Assembly (NCBI RefSeq): GCF_009914755.1
Contig: NC_060944.1
Source: the human T2T-CHM13v2.0 reference genome, Homo sapiens
Strand: one strand, 5' to 3'
DNA length: 64,000 nucleotides
Of the stretch, positions 1 to 14,099 are shown one piece after another; position 1 is the stretch's first letter, and each line of letters begins with the position of its first letter. Both the position numbers and the translations under genes were made by a program. The notes beneath the pieces were generated by a model that saw only the letters and a program-made list of their open reading frames with translations, was not told the DNA's origin and did no database searches.

Positions 1-3000
1 AGGGAGGAAAGGGAGAGAAATTCGGAGAGATCATGGAGGGCAACACAGCAGGGTTAGAAAGCTAAGCTGTGCCTGGGATATCTGACTCCCAGGGGTCATG
101 GTCAGGAAGGATGGTAAGAAAGAGGGCTTACCCCTTCTTACATTTCAGACATATGTTCAATGTAATTCAAACTTTTTAAAAGACTTCTTGTTGCTTTTTA
201 ACTTCCCATGTCACGTTCTCCATAGTCACCCAAGTCAAAGCCTGAAGAAACCAAAGAGACATTTCTAGGAGAAGTTGAAAAATGGTGACTGGAGTCACCT
301 CCAGTGGCCTCCAGCTTTGGTGCATTGACTCCTTACTAGAAAGATGTAGGGCTTGCTGGAAAAGCAATAGGTGTATCAACAGGTCAAATGCCCTTGACCC
401 TGCCAAAGAAAGAAGGACTGACAATGAAACCCACATAGATGGGGACATTTCAAGGGCCCATATTTCCTAAGAGTCTTTAGCCTGCATAGGGTTCCACTTG
501 CCCCTTCTGATCTCTGTATTTTTGCCTGGACTTTTCTATGGTGGTGGTCACAGCTGAAGAGGCGAATATTACTATATTTTGATCTTGGTAACACAGTAAT
601 TAATTATTTTTTTTAATGACCTGTTACCATAGAGATTAATAAGCAAAAGCTCTAATACTACTAGCCTGCCAGGGAGTTCACACATGTGAAATACTTAGAA
701 TAGAGTGACACAGAGAAAGCACACCATATATATTGGCTATGGTTTGTATTCAGATTAATGAAAACATCACACTTCAGTTCTAAAGGTGTCTGTTTCAGCT
801 TCTCTAACCCTCCAGCCTAGACTCAGTCCTGTATTTGCCCTGAAAACATAGGTAAGCCTGGAATGACTCTTGGTGTCATAAACTTGGGATCCCCTGCACC
901 CATTGTGGGTCTGTCTGTGGCCACTCCAGCCATGATTGTGAGGTCTGGATGACTCAGGCCTGCTTTGCACTCAGCCAGGCACCTTTTTTAGAACTGAAGC
1001 CCTATTCTGACCTCCAGTCCACTTGGCTTGGGCCCTGACACCTGTCTGGCCTTAAGAACCTCTCTGCACACATTGATGCCATTCTCTGAACCAGGCAGCC
1101 TGACCCGAGCCTGACCTGGCTTGACTGCCACTCCTAGGAGAATTTCTGCTGTCCTCTTCTGCCTCAGATCAGACCCCCTTATATTTTATTTCCGGACTGA
1201 CTCAAGTCATAGTCACCATGCTCCTTTCTCGTTATTCAATACAAGCCCTGTCCCACCCTGACTGCCTCCCTTTCCCAGTGAGCAGATGCTTTTGAATTCC
1301 CAGCCTGATCGCATTCAAAGCGTGAGATGGGGGATCTTAGAAATCCAAACTCCCCATTCTATGGATGAGAAACCGTGGCTCAGAGATGGGAAGTGCATTC
1401 CTCCATCTTACACCCTGATTGTAGGACAGACAGAAGGTAAAATCCCAGCCCCTGGGAACATTTGCCTTGGAATATTATCACAATTCCAAAAAGGCTATGG
1501 CTTGCTTCCTCCACTTGTCCCCAGGTAACCTCCAAGAGAGTTTCTTTCTGAGACAGTACTTAGCAAGTAATTCCTTCTTACAAAAGTAGTCAAGGTCCTC
1601 AGATTTACAAACCCCTTCTCTCCTTCTGGCATTCCGGGGTTGTCAGGATATTTTGGTCTGTCAGTAACCTCTGGGGCTGAAACAGAGGAAGAGAAATCAT
1701 TGGAATCTTTGAAGCAGAAACAGCAACATCAAATGTTTCCTCTATGTCCTGTGAGTTGGCAAAACTGCAGGTGTAGAACCAAGGTATCCACATGATTATT
1801 TCAAATCCCCACATCTTCTTGACTTTTTAACAGAGCCTATTAATTGATACACTGAGATAATTGACACATTAGTAGGAGTCTCCCTGGCCACTTCCAGTGA
1901 ACTAAGCAAACACATGGAAAGTCTGACCTAGCAGGTCTGTGGTCCACTGGGACTTGGGAGTCCTTCCTATTCCCAGCGTGCTGCTGAGACTATTGGGATT
2001 ACATTCCCAGTCTTTGGCATTTCCATACATGAACAGATTCTGAATGAAGCCAAAATCAAGTACTAGAGGATTAAGTCCCGGAATTGCAATAATTTTGAAT
2101 TCCATCCCCTCCATCTATTGACACACGGTTTCCAATAAGTCATACAACCCAGACTGCAGTGTCCAGCTCTTAAAATTTTAAAAACAAACAAAAACAGAAA
2201 AGCCTCTGTCTTGCTTTATCCATGGAATTTAACCATCTAGATAGAAGACCAAGTACACAAAGGTGCTTTGAGCATTGTAAAAATGTAACAAAAACATTCC
2301 ACTTCCTTTTTAATATGCCATGCAATTCTTTCAAGGATATCGGAAAATAGAGGATGTAAAATGAGGAGGGGTAGTTGACATACACAGTCTCAAATGTTGC
2401 TTCCTCATCTGTAAAATGGGAGCAAGAGCAGTGCCACTTCATAAGGATGTTTTAAGATCTAGAACATAATGACAGGCATATGATGACGATTTTAAATTTG
2501 AGTCGTGTTTGCAAATGAAATCCAGAACATTCCCTGCTGCTCCAGCTGATCTTGGGAGGCATTCCAGTCTCTTTACTGCTCTCCTGAAACAGCGAGGCAA
2601 GGTCCTTCCCTGGATTCTGCAGTGTTTTAAAGAGAAATTTCAAACTTTCCCGGGAGGCTTTTCTAAAGGGATTATGTCAACTGAAGGGAATGAACAGGCA
2701 AGAAACAAGCAGCCATGCCACTTGACAAGATGAGGGTGGCTTCCTACCTTCAGCTCATTACACGTAGCCTGGGAGCCCCTTCCCAGTTCCCATCACACCT
2801 TCCCATCAGGGAGGCCATCTCGAAACCGTGAAATGCTGCTCTCCTCCAAAGGCATCAAGTCTCCTCAAAGTCTGAAACCAAAGTGGAAGGACTAGGAGGC
2901 TCCTTGCCAAGCCTCCTAAGATCACATTTTCTGGCTGAGTATGGCCTCCTCCCAGACATTTAACATTGGGCGTGCCTCCCTCTTTCAGGGAAGGTTGGGC

Positions 3001-4149
3001 CCACCCACAGGGACATAGATTTACCAAAGAGGCATAAATGAACAATGATCAACACTCTGCAGCACAGAACAGAGACACACACAATGGAAGAGTTGGAAAA
3101 AAATTGTTTCCCTAGAGAAGCACTCTATCTATGCAAATAGCTAGGACCACTATCCTTCTACCTAGGTATTTTTTATTTTCTCTGCAAGAGACAAAAGTGG
3201 CAGAAAATGCCTCCAAAGAAAGAAATCCTAAGCCTCAAGAAAAAAGATAAAAGGGAAGGAAGGGTGTTGGAATACAAAAGCTGGAAAAAGAGGTTGGCTT
3301 TTCAATTTGGGAGTAAACTATATTCATGGTCCTTAAGAGAGGATGGCCTGTCAGTGAGAAACAGGAGACTCTGGGAAGACAGAGGCATGGGAGAAAGATC
3401 GTTCCAAAATGTGTGAGAATTTCCTCTAACTTCGTTTTCTTCTCTCCCTAGCCAGCCTGCCTCCCGGTATATGCATATATGTATGTATATGTCTGTCTGT
3501 CTATGCTAAGGCAAGATGAAGGGAGAAAAGCCCTCCTGCCATGGGACTTTACCAGCGTCCTCGCATAGCATTCATAATAATAACCCCATCACTCATCAAA
3601 AGTGCTCTGCAGGCCAGGCCTCGCCGGGCCTGGGCAATGCTCTGATCCCGCAGCCAGCTCAGGCTATAATTGCAAACACCCTGCCCCCGGGAAGTGTCAG
3701 GTTATGTGAAGACACTTGGGCTTTGCTGGTGTCTGTAAAATGCAAGTTCAAGGGGACTTTTTAACATCAGAAGCAAAAATATGAGAGTCAAGAGACAGGT
3801 CCCTTGTGCCCTGCAGAAGATCACAGTAGAGATAAGAAGTGGGAGGCAATTGCTCTGAAGGTGGGAAAAATAATTTGAAGGCAGCAGAACAGACACAAGG
3901 TAATTACCGCTCAGACACAGCACAGGCAAAAAGGCCCTTGCTTTTAGGGAAACAAGAAGTGAACAGACCAAGCCAGGAGGAGAGGCCTGGCTCTTATGAG
4001 TTGGGTGAATTGTCAGTGTTTACTTCCTGATAGGAAGGCAGGGAGAGAGAGAAAATGACCCCCCAAAGGCCCTCTCAAACTTAACAAATTTGTGAGCCAA
4101 GTTAGGTATGAGTTTTTCTCAACTTTTCGATTCGGTTTTGGAAGGACAG

Positions 4150-4201
4150 TGTGCATGTGTAAGTGTGCGTGTGTGTGTGTGTGCATGTGTAAGTGTGTGT
4201 G
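4150..4201. repeat. Imperfect (TG)n microsatellite
   Basis: gtgcatgtgtaagtgtgcgtgtgtgtgtgtgtgcatgtgtaagtgtgtgt. Confidence 0.85.
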
Positions 4202-4254
4202 GTAAGCTGGAAAGGTCATGAAAACATGAAGGAAAATGGTACAAGAAAGAGATA

Positions 4255-5040
<786 letters not shown>

Positions 5041-6419
5041 AGAGAGAGAAAAGATGTGTGTGTGAATGTGGGATCAAACATTTAAATAATCCCTTACCAT
5101 CCCAATAAAAAGTTGACAGTTTGGTAATCAGAGGAAAATTGGGTATTGTGGCCCAGGAAAGAGCCTCAGAGTAAAAATCTAGAAGTACCTGGAATTCAAC
5201 TTGGGTGTAGTTTAATTTCATCAAAATCCAGGAAAATAGTTGAAGTCATCCTACCCCAGCAAAGAGAAAATGAAGCGTCTTCCCCGTGCGGCTCTGCAGC
5301 AGGGCTTCCTGGACTCTCTGATGGAGGGCGGCTTTCATGTTATTGTCATTTTTTTGTTTTCATTCCAGTCTATTACCCTACTGATACGTTTATAAAATAA
5401 AATTGAAATGAGTCACAAGAAAAGAATGACAGTGCACTTGGGTATTAAATTCTTGTTGAGGTCTTCTTACAAAGGCTTATTCTCATAAGTAGCACTGCAC
5501 TGGAGGAGAGTCACTCTACTGAAGACCCTGGCACTGTCCAAACCCAACAGTTAGCAAACACAAAGAAATACAACAAGGGAATGCGGTAAGTATTTCCCAG
5601 GAATGTTTCTTGTAAAACAAGGGCACCATCTCTTGTCTGAACAATTGTTCTGTTCCCTAGCCTTGCTGTCTTCCAATGTACTCTCCTACAGCCATCAGAG
5701 ACATCATTCTAAAATACAGATGTAACTGTGCCACTTTTTGGCCTGACACCAGATAGTTTTTTGGGTATCTCGGGATGACCTGCGCGTTGTTTAGCACCTT
5801 ATTCATAGCAAACTGGCCCCTACTTGCTTCAGTACCGGGTGAACCAAGGAAAGTCCCAACTGGGTTCTCAGGCTAAGCAGGAAGACTGGGGTTTGACCCA
5901 AGTAATCCCCAAGAATTAGCACCCTAGTCCACTAACATATACTACCAGGTGTGGGCGGGTAAGCCGAATTTAAAACCACTGAGTCAAGAGTAGTCACTTA
6001 GCAAATTCTCATAGTCGGGTGGGGATGGTGAGAAGCATCTTAGAATGCCCACCAAAAGAATTTCATTTGGGACAAAAGGCATTCCATGTAAAGGGGCCAG
6101 AATGAACAATGGCATGGAAGCAAGGGATAGTGTGGAATATTCAGGAACCCTCAAGACATCCTATGCATTTTAGGTAGGGAAGAGCCTCACAGCTTCTTTT
6201 AGTAAAGAGAGTGGCAATCATTACTAATTACTGCAGAAATCCTCAAAGTTGACATTCTCTAAGTACCTGTCATGAAGACATCCTCTACTTGCCTCAAATT
6301 GGCATATTTGGAATATGCTTTAATTATAAGAACTTGCCAGAGACTGGGGAAAATCTATAGAGGAAAGAGAAGTCAAATGTTCTGAGTTTTAATGTTCACA
6401 TCAATCCAATGGTGTGGGC

Positions 6420-6545
6420 TTTCTCCAATTTTACAGATGAGGAGACTGAAGTCTGAGAGAGGACAGTGATCTCAGACAGTCACACTGAGTAAGCAGCATA
6501 ACTGAGTTTCCAACTGAGGTCTACGTGCCACTAAAAGCTGTGCAT
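6420..6545 (-). mobile_element. MIR SINE fragment
   Basis: MIR core in reverse: ttttacagatgaggagactgaag...cacactgagtaagcagc. Confidence 0.75.
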
Positions 6546-6656
6546 TTTGTACAAGTTCACCACTGTTTATGCACGTAGGTGTGTATGGAAGGTGGTTATT
6601 GAGAGGAGAGAGGAGAGTAAGAGGCAAAGAGTTACACATTTTAATCCTGTGTTGGC

Positions 6657-6660
<4 letters not shown>

Positions 6661-6710
<50 letters not shown>
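6661..6710. repeat. Perfect (TA)25 microsatellite
   Basis: 50 nt of uninterrupted TA. Confidence 0.99.
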
Positions 6711-6713
<3 letters not shown>

Positions 6714-6820
6714 TGAACTAGTTAATAAAAATTTATTTGTACAGAGTGTTTTTTGTGTCAAACACTAAGTGCTTTGTATGTATCATCCACTTAATTCCTA
6801 CGGTAACTCAGTAAGCTTGA

Positions 6821-7171
6821 TGTGGCAGATTGTATTATATTATTGTCCCCAATTATTCACTGTCTTCTCTGTAAAACTATCATGTACTCCTGCCCATTGT
6901 TTGTATGACTTATGGTGTTGCCCTGTAGGCAGAATATACTTTCCTACCCTAATGATCAGATGGGCCATGTGACTTGCTTGGGCCAATGGCATGAGAACAG
7001 ATGTGCTGCTTGCCATGTCTTAAAGTTTCTCAGCTCATAGCCTGGGTCTTGGAATAAGAAATCGCATGGAGCAGGGGCATAGCAGTTGACCTGCAGCTGA
7101 GTGACAAATGAAAGTCATAAGTCAATGAGATACTGGGGGTGTTTGTTACTGCAGCCAGGCTGATGGATACA
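6821..7171 (+). mobile_element. MLT1I/J-like MaLR solo LTR inserted into a minus-strand MIR
   Basis: TGTGG start, gccatgtgacttgcttgggccaatgg motif, tttgttactgcagc...ataca end; MIR pieces on both sides (~6725-6820, ~7172-7295). Confidence 0.7.
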
Positions 7172-7594
7172 AATGAGGTATTTTACAAATGAGGAACTGA
7201 AGTTGGGGGAGACATCTTTGCCCAACTCCTACCACTTGTAAGTAGTGTCTGGATTTAGATCCATTTCTATTTGACTTAAAAGTCCGTGCCATTTTAATTA
7301 GAATTCAAAAACCTCCTGCAAAGTCCAAATTGTTTAAAGTAGATCACATGAGGTCACTTCCCAGACAGGAAATAAAGACACTGCCTCTGGAGTCTCGGCA
7401 TGTTCCATGTTTCCTGTGGCTTCTCCATCCTTCCAAGCCCTGAGAGATTCCAGCTCGAAGCATCCATTTTGTTACCTTAATGATTTCTTAAAAGAGAATA
7501 AAATCTCTGACCCTACCACCTATTCGAAGCATTCTGTAACAACCTAATAATGGGGCTCCCTCCCCCCAGTTGTCCCCTTAGAGACTTATCCACA

Positions 7595-8350
7595 CTACAG
7601 TTAGGACAAGTTTTTAAAAATGATCTTGACACTCCCTGGCTTAAAACCTTTTGGTGGCTTCTCACTGCTTTCAGAATCAAATCCTAAATGGCCTGTCTCT
7701 TGCCAGCCTCCCCTAATATATCTTATAGTGTGCTGTTCCTTGCTTATTATGTGCCAGACATAATAACACCCTTTTAGCCACCAAATGGGCCTAGCTGTTT
7801 TTCCCCAGCTCATAGCCTTTCCACGTGGGATTCCTTCTATCTTGACCACCCTTCCATCTCCTCCCTACAGCCTCAACTCAAATGTCAGAAATGATACTTC
7901 ATATAGTGTTTCCCAAATCCTTTTCCATAACCTTCATCTGGGTCACCCAAAAAAATGTATTTTCTTGCCTGCTTAACATTAGATTTGATCATGTGACTAA
8001 TTCTGGGCTACCGAAATGTAAGTGGAAGTGAGGTATATGCAGCCATCCAGGCTGCACCATCCTCCAGACCCCTCTTCCCCTGCCTCAGGTCCTCGGCATA
8101 CCACTTACTTTCATCTCTGCTATGCCACTATCTTTGCTTTACTTACGATATTTGTCACCATCTGGAATTATCTTCTTAATTCATTGGTACCAGATCATTT
8201 TCCCTCTACCATGCAGACTTAAAGCTCTAAGAAGGAAGGGCCTTTGTCCATCTGTTCAGTTGCATCACAGTGCCCATCACAGTGGCTACATATAATAGAT
8301 GCTCAATTAATATTTCTGAAATACATAAATATATGAGGAAATAAATGAAT
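7595..8350 (+). mobile_element. L2 LINE 3' fragment
   Basis: ttttaaaaatgatcttgacactccctggcttaaaacc... through gatgctcaattaatatttctgaa terminal region. Confidence 0.65.
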
Positions 8351-8749
8351 AGAGCTCTTGCAAAAATGAGTTAATTTATGTAATTAGTACAGTGCCTGAT
8401 AGAAAGTAAGCACTCAGCAAATGTATCTAATTATGAAGATGAAGAATTGAAACAAAAGGTCTTTCCTTTCATTTCTGTGCTATGGAAAGGAAGGAACAAA
8501 GATGAGGTTAGGTCTTGGGACCAAAGGTCTACAAGGGGCAGTCTCAGTCTTGAATATAGAGGTGGCCTGGGAGAACAGTTACTAGGGAGTAGACAGTGAG
8601 AGTGGACTCAGCTTCACAAGTCAGAACTTCTTTTCATAACAGCAACATGATGCTGGAATTATTAGTAAGGGTCTGGTATGCCAGGGCCAGGACATCATAA
8701 ACCTTCTGCATCCACATCACAGAGCCTCTTATAAGAATTGCTCCATACG

Positions 8750-9145
8750 TTTGGTAGACATTTACTGGGCTTAGACTGTGGGCAAAATTTTGGCTGGATT
8801 CTGCAATTAAAAGATAAATAAATTACCACCCTTGCCCATAACAAACCAGAGTGAGAAACAGACATGGAAACAAATAATTAAATCCAAAATATGACTAGTA
8901 GTGTGATAGCAGGATGGACAAGAGGATACTGGAGTACAGAAAAAAAAAGAGTGCCTCTGTCGGTGCAGTCAGGAAGACTTCAAGAGGCAACTTCACAGAT
9001 GGACCTTAAAAACAAGTATGTTTCCCAAGAAGACACAGTGGGAAGGGCATTCTAGGAAGAGGGAACAGTATATGTAAGGCATGGAGTCATTATAAAGTCT
9101 TCACAAATCTTGGAAAAGGTAGGAAGTTCTGGTGGTTTAAGCATA
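8750..9145 (-). mobile_element. L2 LINE fragment
   Basis: catttactgggc...gggaagggcattctaggaagagggaacagtatatgtaaggcatggag, typical reverse-strand L2. Confidence 0.65.
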
Positions 9146-10059
9146 AGGTAAGTACCTCTCACAAGTATGGGAATGTGTGGTTTTGCTTTCTCCATTTGAA
9201 AGAAATGTGGGAAATAGACAATAAAATTATGCACAGGAAAAAATGAATCTACTGGTGAAAAATAAAAGATTTACTGATTGTTTTTGAATATACTGTTTTG
9301 TTGTAGTGTGTTCATTCAAGCTAATAATAGAGATAATTTCTGGCATCTAAACTCTTTCAGGTTCTTTCTTAAATGTATTGCTCAAGCAATGTTCTACTAG
9401 TAAAACCGAAAACTCAAAGTTAGAAAAGAATGACCCAGAATACCAAGAACCTAATAACCCCGTGTTCATATTCCCAAGGCTTCAGTTTGACTGACCCATC
9501 CCTTTCCCAGGAGACTGAATGAATGAAAACAGGACTTGACTGCATTTTAACTATGGTAGAACACTGCAGGGGCCCCTGAAGGATATGTATGGAATACCTG
9601 TCCTGGAGAACATCACCTAGAAATAGATTATGTATAAACCTGCCTGAAAGAGAGCTGGCCATTGTCCACTCTTGAAGTTGTAGATTTCCAGGATAAGGAG
9701 AATCAGTATACATCTCTAGTTCATGGATTTTTTATCTTGGATCCAGACATATAGGACCCTCCTTGTCTGCTGTGGATGGAGTAGGGGGTGTCCATGGAAA
9801 GTGTTTTGGAATCCAGGAATCACTTGAAATTGTATGCCAAAATTTTTTTTTAAGTAGACATGTGCATTTTCCAGGGAAAGGGTCCTTTGTTTACTGGAGA
9901 GTTTGTGTATGATTTAAGTTTGAAAGTTTTTCTAGTTGTTTTCTGTTCATTCGCCAGATCACATGGAATCAACATGTTTTCAACTTATTGTTCTGAAGCC
10001 TGGGAACTGAACAAGCCTGACTCTCAGTTCTTGGCAAAGGATAGAGCATTTTCCTAGGC

Positions 10060-11210
10060 AGTCTTTCAGAAAATCCTGCTATTTCTCCTTCCAAAACACA
10101 TCTCAAATTTGTCATGTGTCTCCATCTCCATCACCAAGCCCCTGGCCACCAAGCCTCCCCATCATCTCTCACCAGAACAAATGCCAAAGACTTCAAATAG
10201 GTCTCTTTTGTTCACCCTTTCCTTGCTGCAATCTAATTTTCACATAGCATCTTGAGTGACACTTTTTAAAATGAACATTATGTCACCACCACACTGAAAA
10301 TTCTCCAGTGGTTTTTCATGTTGCCTTCAATATAATCCAAGTTTCTCAGTATCCAAGGGCCCTAAAGCCCTAGATGACCAATTTCCTTTGCACTTTTACA
10401 ACCTCAGGTGATGCCACCTTCCTGTTTGCTCACTAGAATCCAGTTAGGCTGGACTTACTTCTGCTCCTGATCTTGCCCAGCTATTTCTTAATCCCAGGCC
10501 CACATCCATGGAGTTCTACCTTCTGGAATGTTCTCCTTTCTTCATATGATTAGCTCCTTGCCATCACTTAGGTAAGTCTCAACTTAAGGATATCTCCTCC
10601 ATGAATCTAATTTTTTTTTTTTTTTGACAGATTCTCACTCTTTCTCCCACCCAGGCAGTGGCACAATCTTGGCTCACTGCAACCTCTGCCTCCTGGGTTC
10701 AAGCAATTATCTCTCTCAGACTCCAGAGTAGCTGGGATTACAGGCACAGGCCACCAGGCCCAGCTAATTTTTGTATTTTTAGTAGAGATGGGGTTACACC
10801 ATCTTGGCCAGACTGGTCTTGAACTCCTGACCTTGTGATCCACCCGTCTCGGCCTCCCAAAGTGCTGGGATTACAGGAGTGAGCCACCATGCCCGGCCAG
10901 ATAGATCTTTACTGACCATCCTATCTTGGTAGTTTCTCATTCTTATCACATTTAATTTTTCTAATTATAAAATCCTATTCATTTATCACAACAGTTTTTT
11001 AGAATGCATTTTATGATTGTTTATTTTTTATCTGTATTCTCTACTAGATAATAACTTTTCTTCTTCACAGTCACATGTCCAGACCATGATACAACACCTG
11101 CCACACAGTAGGTTGAATGGTTGGATAAACAGGGTAATAGATCAATGAATGAATGAATGAATGAATGAATGAATGAATGAATGAACAAATGCATAAATGG
11201 ATGAATGAAA
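10060..11210 (+). mobile_element. L2a LINE 3' portion with (GAAT)n tail, interrupted by an Alu
   Basis: ccaaaacacatctcaaattt...catcatctctcacc...ctgccacacagtagg...(gaat)n at 11147-11184. Confidence 0.8.
10611..10898 (-). mobile_element. AluS (Sg/Sc-like) SINE
   Basis: Poly-T then Alu reverse complement ending gcccggcc; cctgaccttgtgatcc short variant. Confidence 0.95.
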
Positions 11211-12110
11211 AAATAAAAAAGAAGGCCTGTAGGCAGTCTTCAGGCTCCATCTTTCTGTGTAGAACTAATGCCACCACCCAGGTGTGCTAGGCTGTCAGAT
11301 ATGCGAGGATAGCAATGGTGGCCAACAGGGATATGAGTTAGAAAGAGTTGAGAAGGGCATGCTAAGGACAATTAATGGTTGCTTGTTAGAGGGTGTGGCC
11401 TGCAGTCCAAAACACCCTATTCTCAAGGGCTTGATGTGCCTAAGTTTAATTTGAGGCAACGGCTGTATCTTGGACTATAGTAAGGGAGGCAGGGGAGGGG
11501 AGGAGGATTTTCAGACTGAATATAGTGCACTAACGGGCTAAAAGGAAAATTTGGAAGGTCTTCAGGGACGTTTCCTTGATCAAGGAAACCTGAGAGTAGT
11601 TTTAGATGAGCAAGAGAAGGGTTGGGATGGAGGTGAGAGGTGACGATTATCTGATATTCAACCAAAGCTCAAAACAAATGGCTCAGGGATGGGTGGGAGA
11701 GATGGTCACCTTGTCCTCTTCCTCTAGCCAGGCTGACAAACCATCACACCTCCAGTAAAACTCACAAGCATTGCTGCTGTTCATTTCTTACCTTCTTTTT
11801 CCCCATTCCTATCAATGTCTGACTCAAATCTCCAATCTTATCTGTCTCCCATTCCTGCCCCTACTTGTAAAGCTGAAGGTTGCTTATACTGGATCCCAGG
11901 CTCCCTTATCTATCCCTAGCCTAGTAGGCTCTTACCTGGTTCTCCCTCTTGAGATACTATTTAGGAGGGTTCCTTAACCCAAACTCTGTCCCCTGGAATC
12001 AAATAATCTTTGTCCTGTGATTTGTACTCTAGTCAGGTCTGCTCAGGTCTGAGAGGGGGAATTTGAGGGCCAGTTCCTGTTAACTATTATAACTTTGTAT
12101 TTAGGGAGGG

Positions 12111-12310
12111 AGTATAGCTTACTAGTTAAAATCATGGTCTCTTAACCCATGGGTCATCCTATTAATTCAAACCTCAGCAATTCCGCTTAGGTGCAACTTC
12201 AACCAAAGTGACTTCTCCTTTCCAAATCTCAGTTTCCTTATCTATTAAGTGGGTACCAAATAGTCTGTTCCTCCTAGGGTTGCTATAAAGATTAAGTAAG
12301 ATGATGCAAT
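12111..12310 (+). mobile_element. MIR SINE
   Basis: ctcagtttccttatctattaagtggg core and gggttgctataaagattaagtaagatgatgca. Confidence 0.7.
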
Positions 12311-12419
12311 TGATCTTCCACTCAGCCCCTTGAATTTTTAAAAAGCTCAAGCTGATTTCCAGCTCACATAACCTGCATCAATATGCCTGAATGTATGTTT
12401 GTTTGTCTGTTTTAAAATT

Positions 12420-12816
12420 TTGAGCCATAATTGCAGAAAATCCCATTGCCTCTCCCTCTCTCTGTCTGTGTGTGTGTGTGTACATGTGTGCACATGCAAA
12501 CACACAGAAAACCAAAAGTGCAAAGGAGTTACATCACTAGGAGCAGGGTCCAACCAGTGACCATGGTACAACTCCCTCACATTTCAGGTGGGATAATTCC
12601 AAAGCATGTGTATTGCACAGTATTCCACAACTCCCTCAGAGAAATTAGTTTTCATTATTACTATGATAGCTGCCTTGATACCACACTCATTATTGCTCCT
12701 TTCATTTCCTTGTATAATTTCCCCACTTCCACATCTGCGTTAGACATCCCAAATAAACTATTTGAGCCATATTCTTGGCCTTAGGATCTATTTCATGGAG
12801 AACACACCCCAAGACA
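12420..12816 (+). mobile_element. LTR16-family (ERVL) solo LTR
   Basis: caggtgggataattc, cccaaataaactattt and terminal ccaagaca typical of LTR16. Confidence 0.6.
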
Positions 12817-14099
12817 AAATTCTCAGCATAGTTCCAGGTTCTTTGTAAACCTTCGGTATTCAATGACTGAGCTATTATTGTTATGGGAGAAACCTGACCT
12901 CATGCCAGTAGGAAAGACCTCACTCTACGCCACCCAAACACTAACAAAAGGAACATGCTGCCCATCACAGGGAATAATCAGCCTAGGTCTGCCAGCAAAT
13001 TGCAGTCCTGCCTGCACGGGTCACTAGCCAAGCTGCCTCCTTGTGCTGTGAGCCCAGAAACTACTGAGGGACACCACTAAAGTGTTCCTTTTTGGCACAA
13101 CACCCCAGCCTCCAGCAAAGCAGACTGCAAGACTGGGGAATAAGCCTGTCTCTTCAGGTGGGGTGAGAAGCCTCCCTGACCTGCCCAGAACAGGTCTGGC
13201 CAGTGATTGCTCCATTGTTCCAGATGCCAATCAAAGGCGAAGCCAGGGCACTTTGTCCAAAAATTGGATTAAGAACCTCAGTTGGGCACAAGCAACACCC
13301 ATAAATCTGTCTGTAGATCTTTTGCCTGTTACCCATTTTGCATCCTCAGAAGTTACCCTCTATAAAATTTATCTCCCATAAAGAGAGTTTCAGGGGATTA
13401 TCCCCACCAAAGACCTTTCAATTTTGCAGGCAGATTGCCAAATCCACAAACTGATTCCAGCCCAGATGTCCTGGGAGTACACTCTTCACTCCCTTGGCCA
13501 TCCCTGAGGCTGCTTCCATGTTGAGTACTTGCAGACACAGGCACTACAGAACCACATAAGTTCTAGGCAAACTCCAGCCTCAGGTCTCCTGGATTTCCCT
13601 AATGTAAGTGAAAACAGAGCCTCAAAACTCTTTGACCCAACTGGCTGGCTCTGGTCACTCTGAGCATTTTCAACTATAAGGGCAAAAACGTTTTCACAGA
13701 GTAAAGGCAAAGACTTAGGTACAAAGAAAACTCCTCAATTCCTCTATGATCCAAAGGCATCTCAGCTTTAATTCCAGTAGTAAAAAACCTCCTGAAAGCA
13801 AAGACCCCTGACACTTTCCTCTCACAGCCAGCTTCCAGATTCTCACCACTCTCTCAGCCACTCCCTAAAGAATGTTCCTTGTCCATGTCTTTGTCTGCTT
13901 ACAGACTAACAACATACATTAAACTGGGATCATATTTGACTCACATAAATTCAGCATCCACTGCATGTCCAACAAGGTGTTGCTTGAAGTATCACATAAT
14001 CACTAAGAGAGTGGGCTCTGGTGTCAGATTATGTTGCTGCAAATCTGTGCTGTCTCTTTCTAACTCTGAAATCTTGGCAAGTTAGATAAACCTTTCTGA

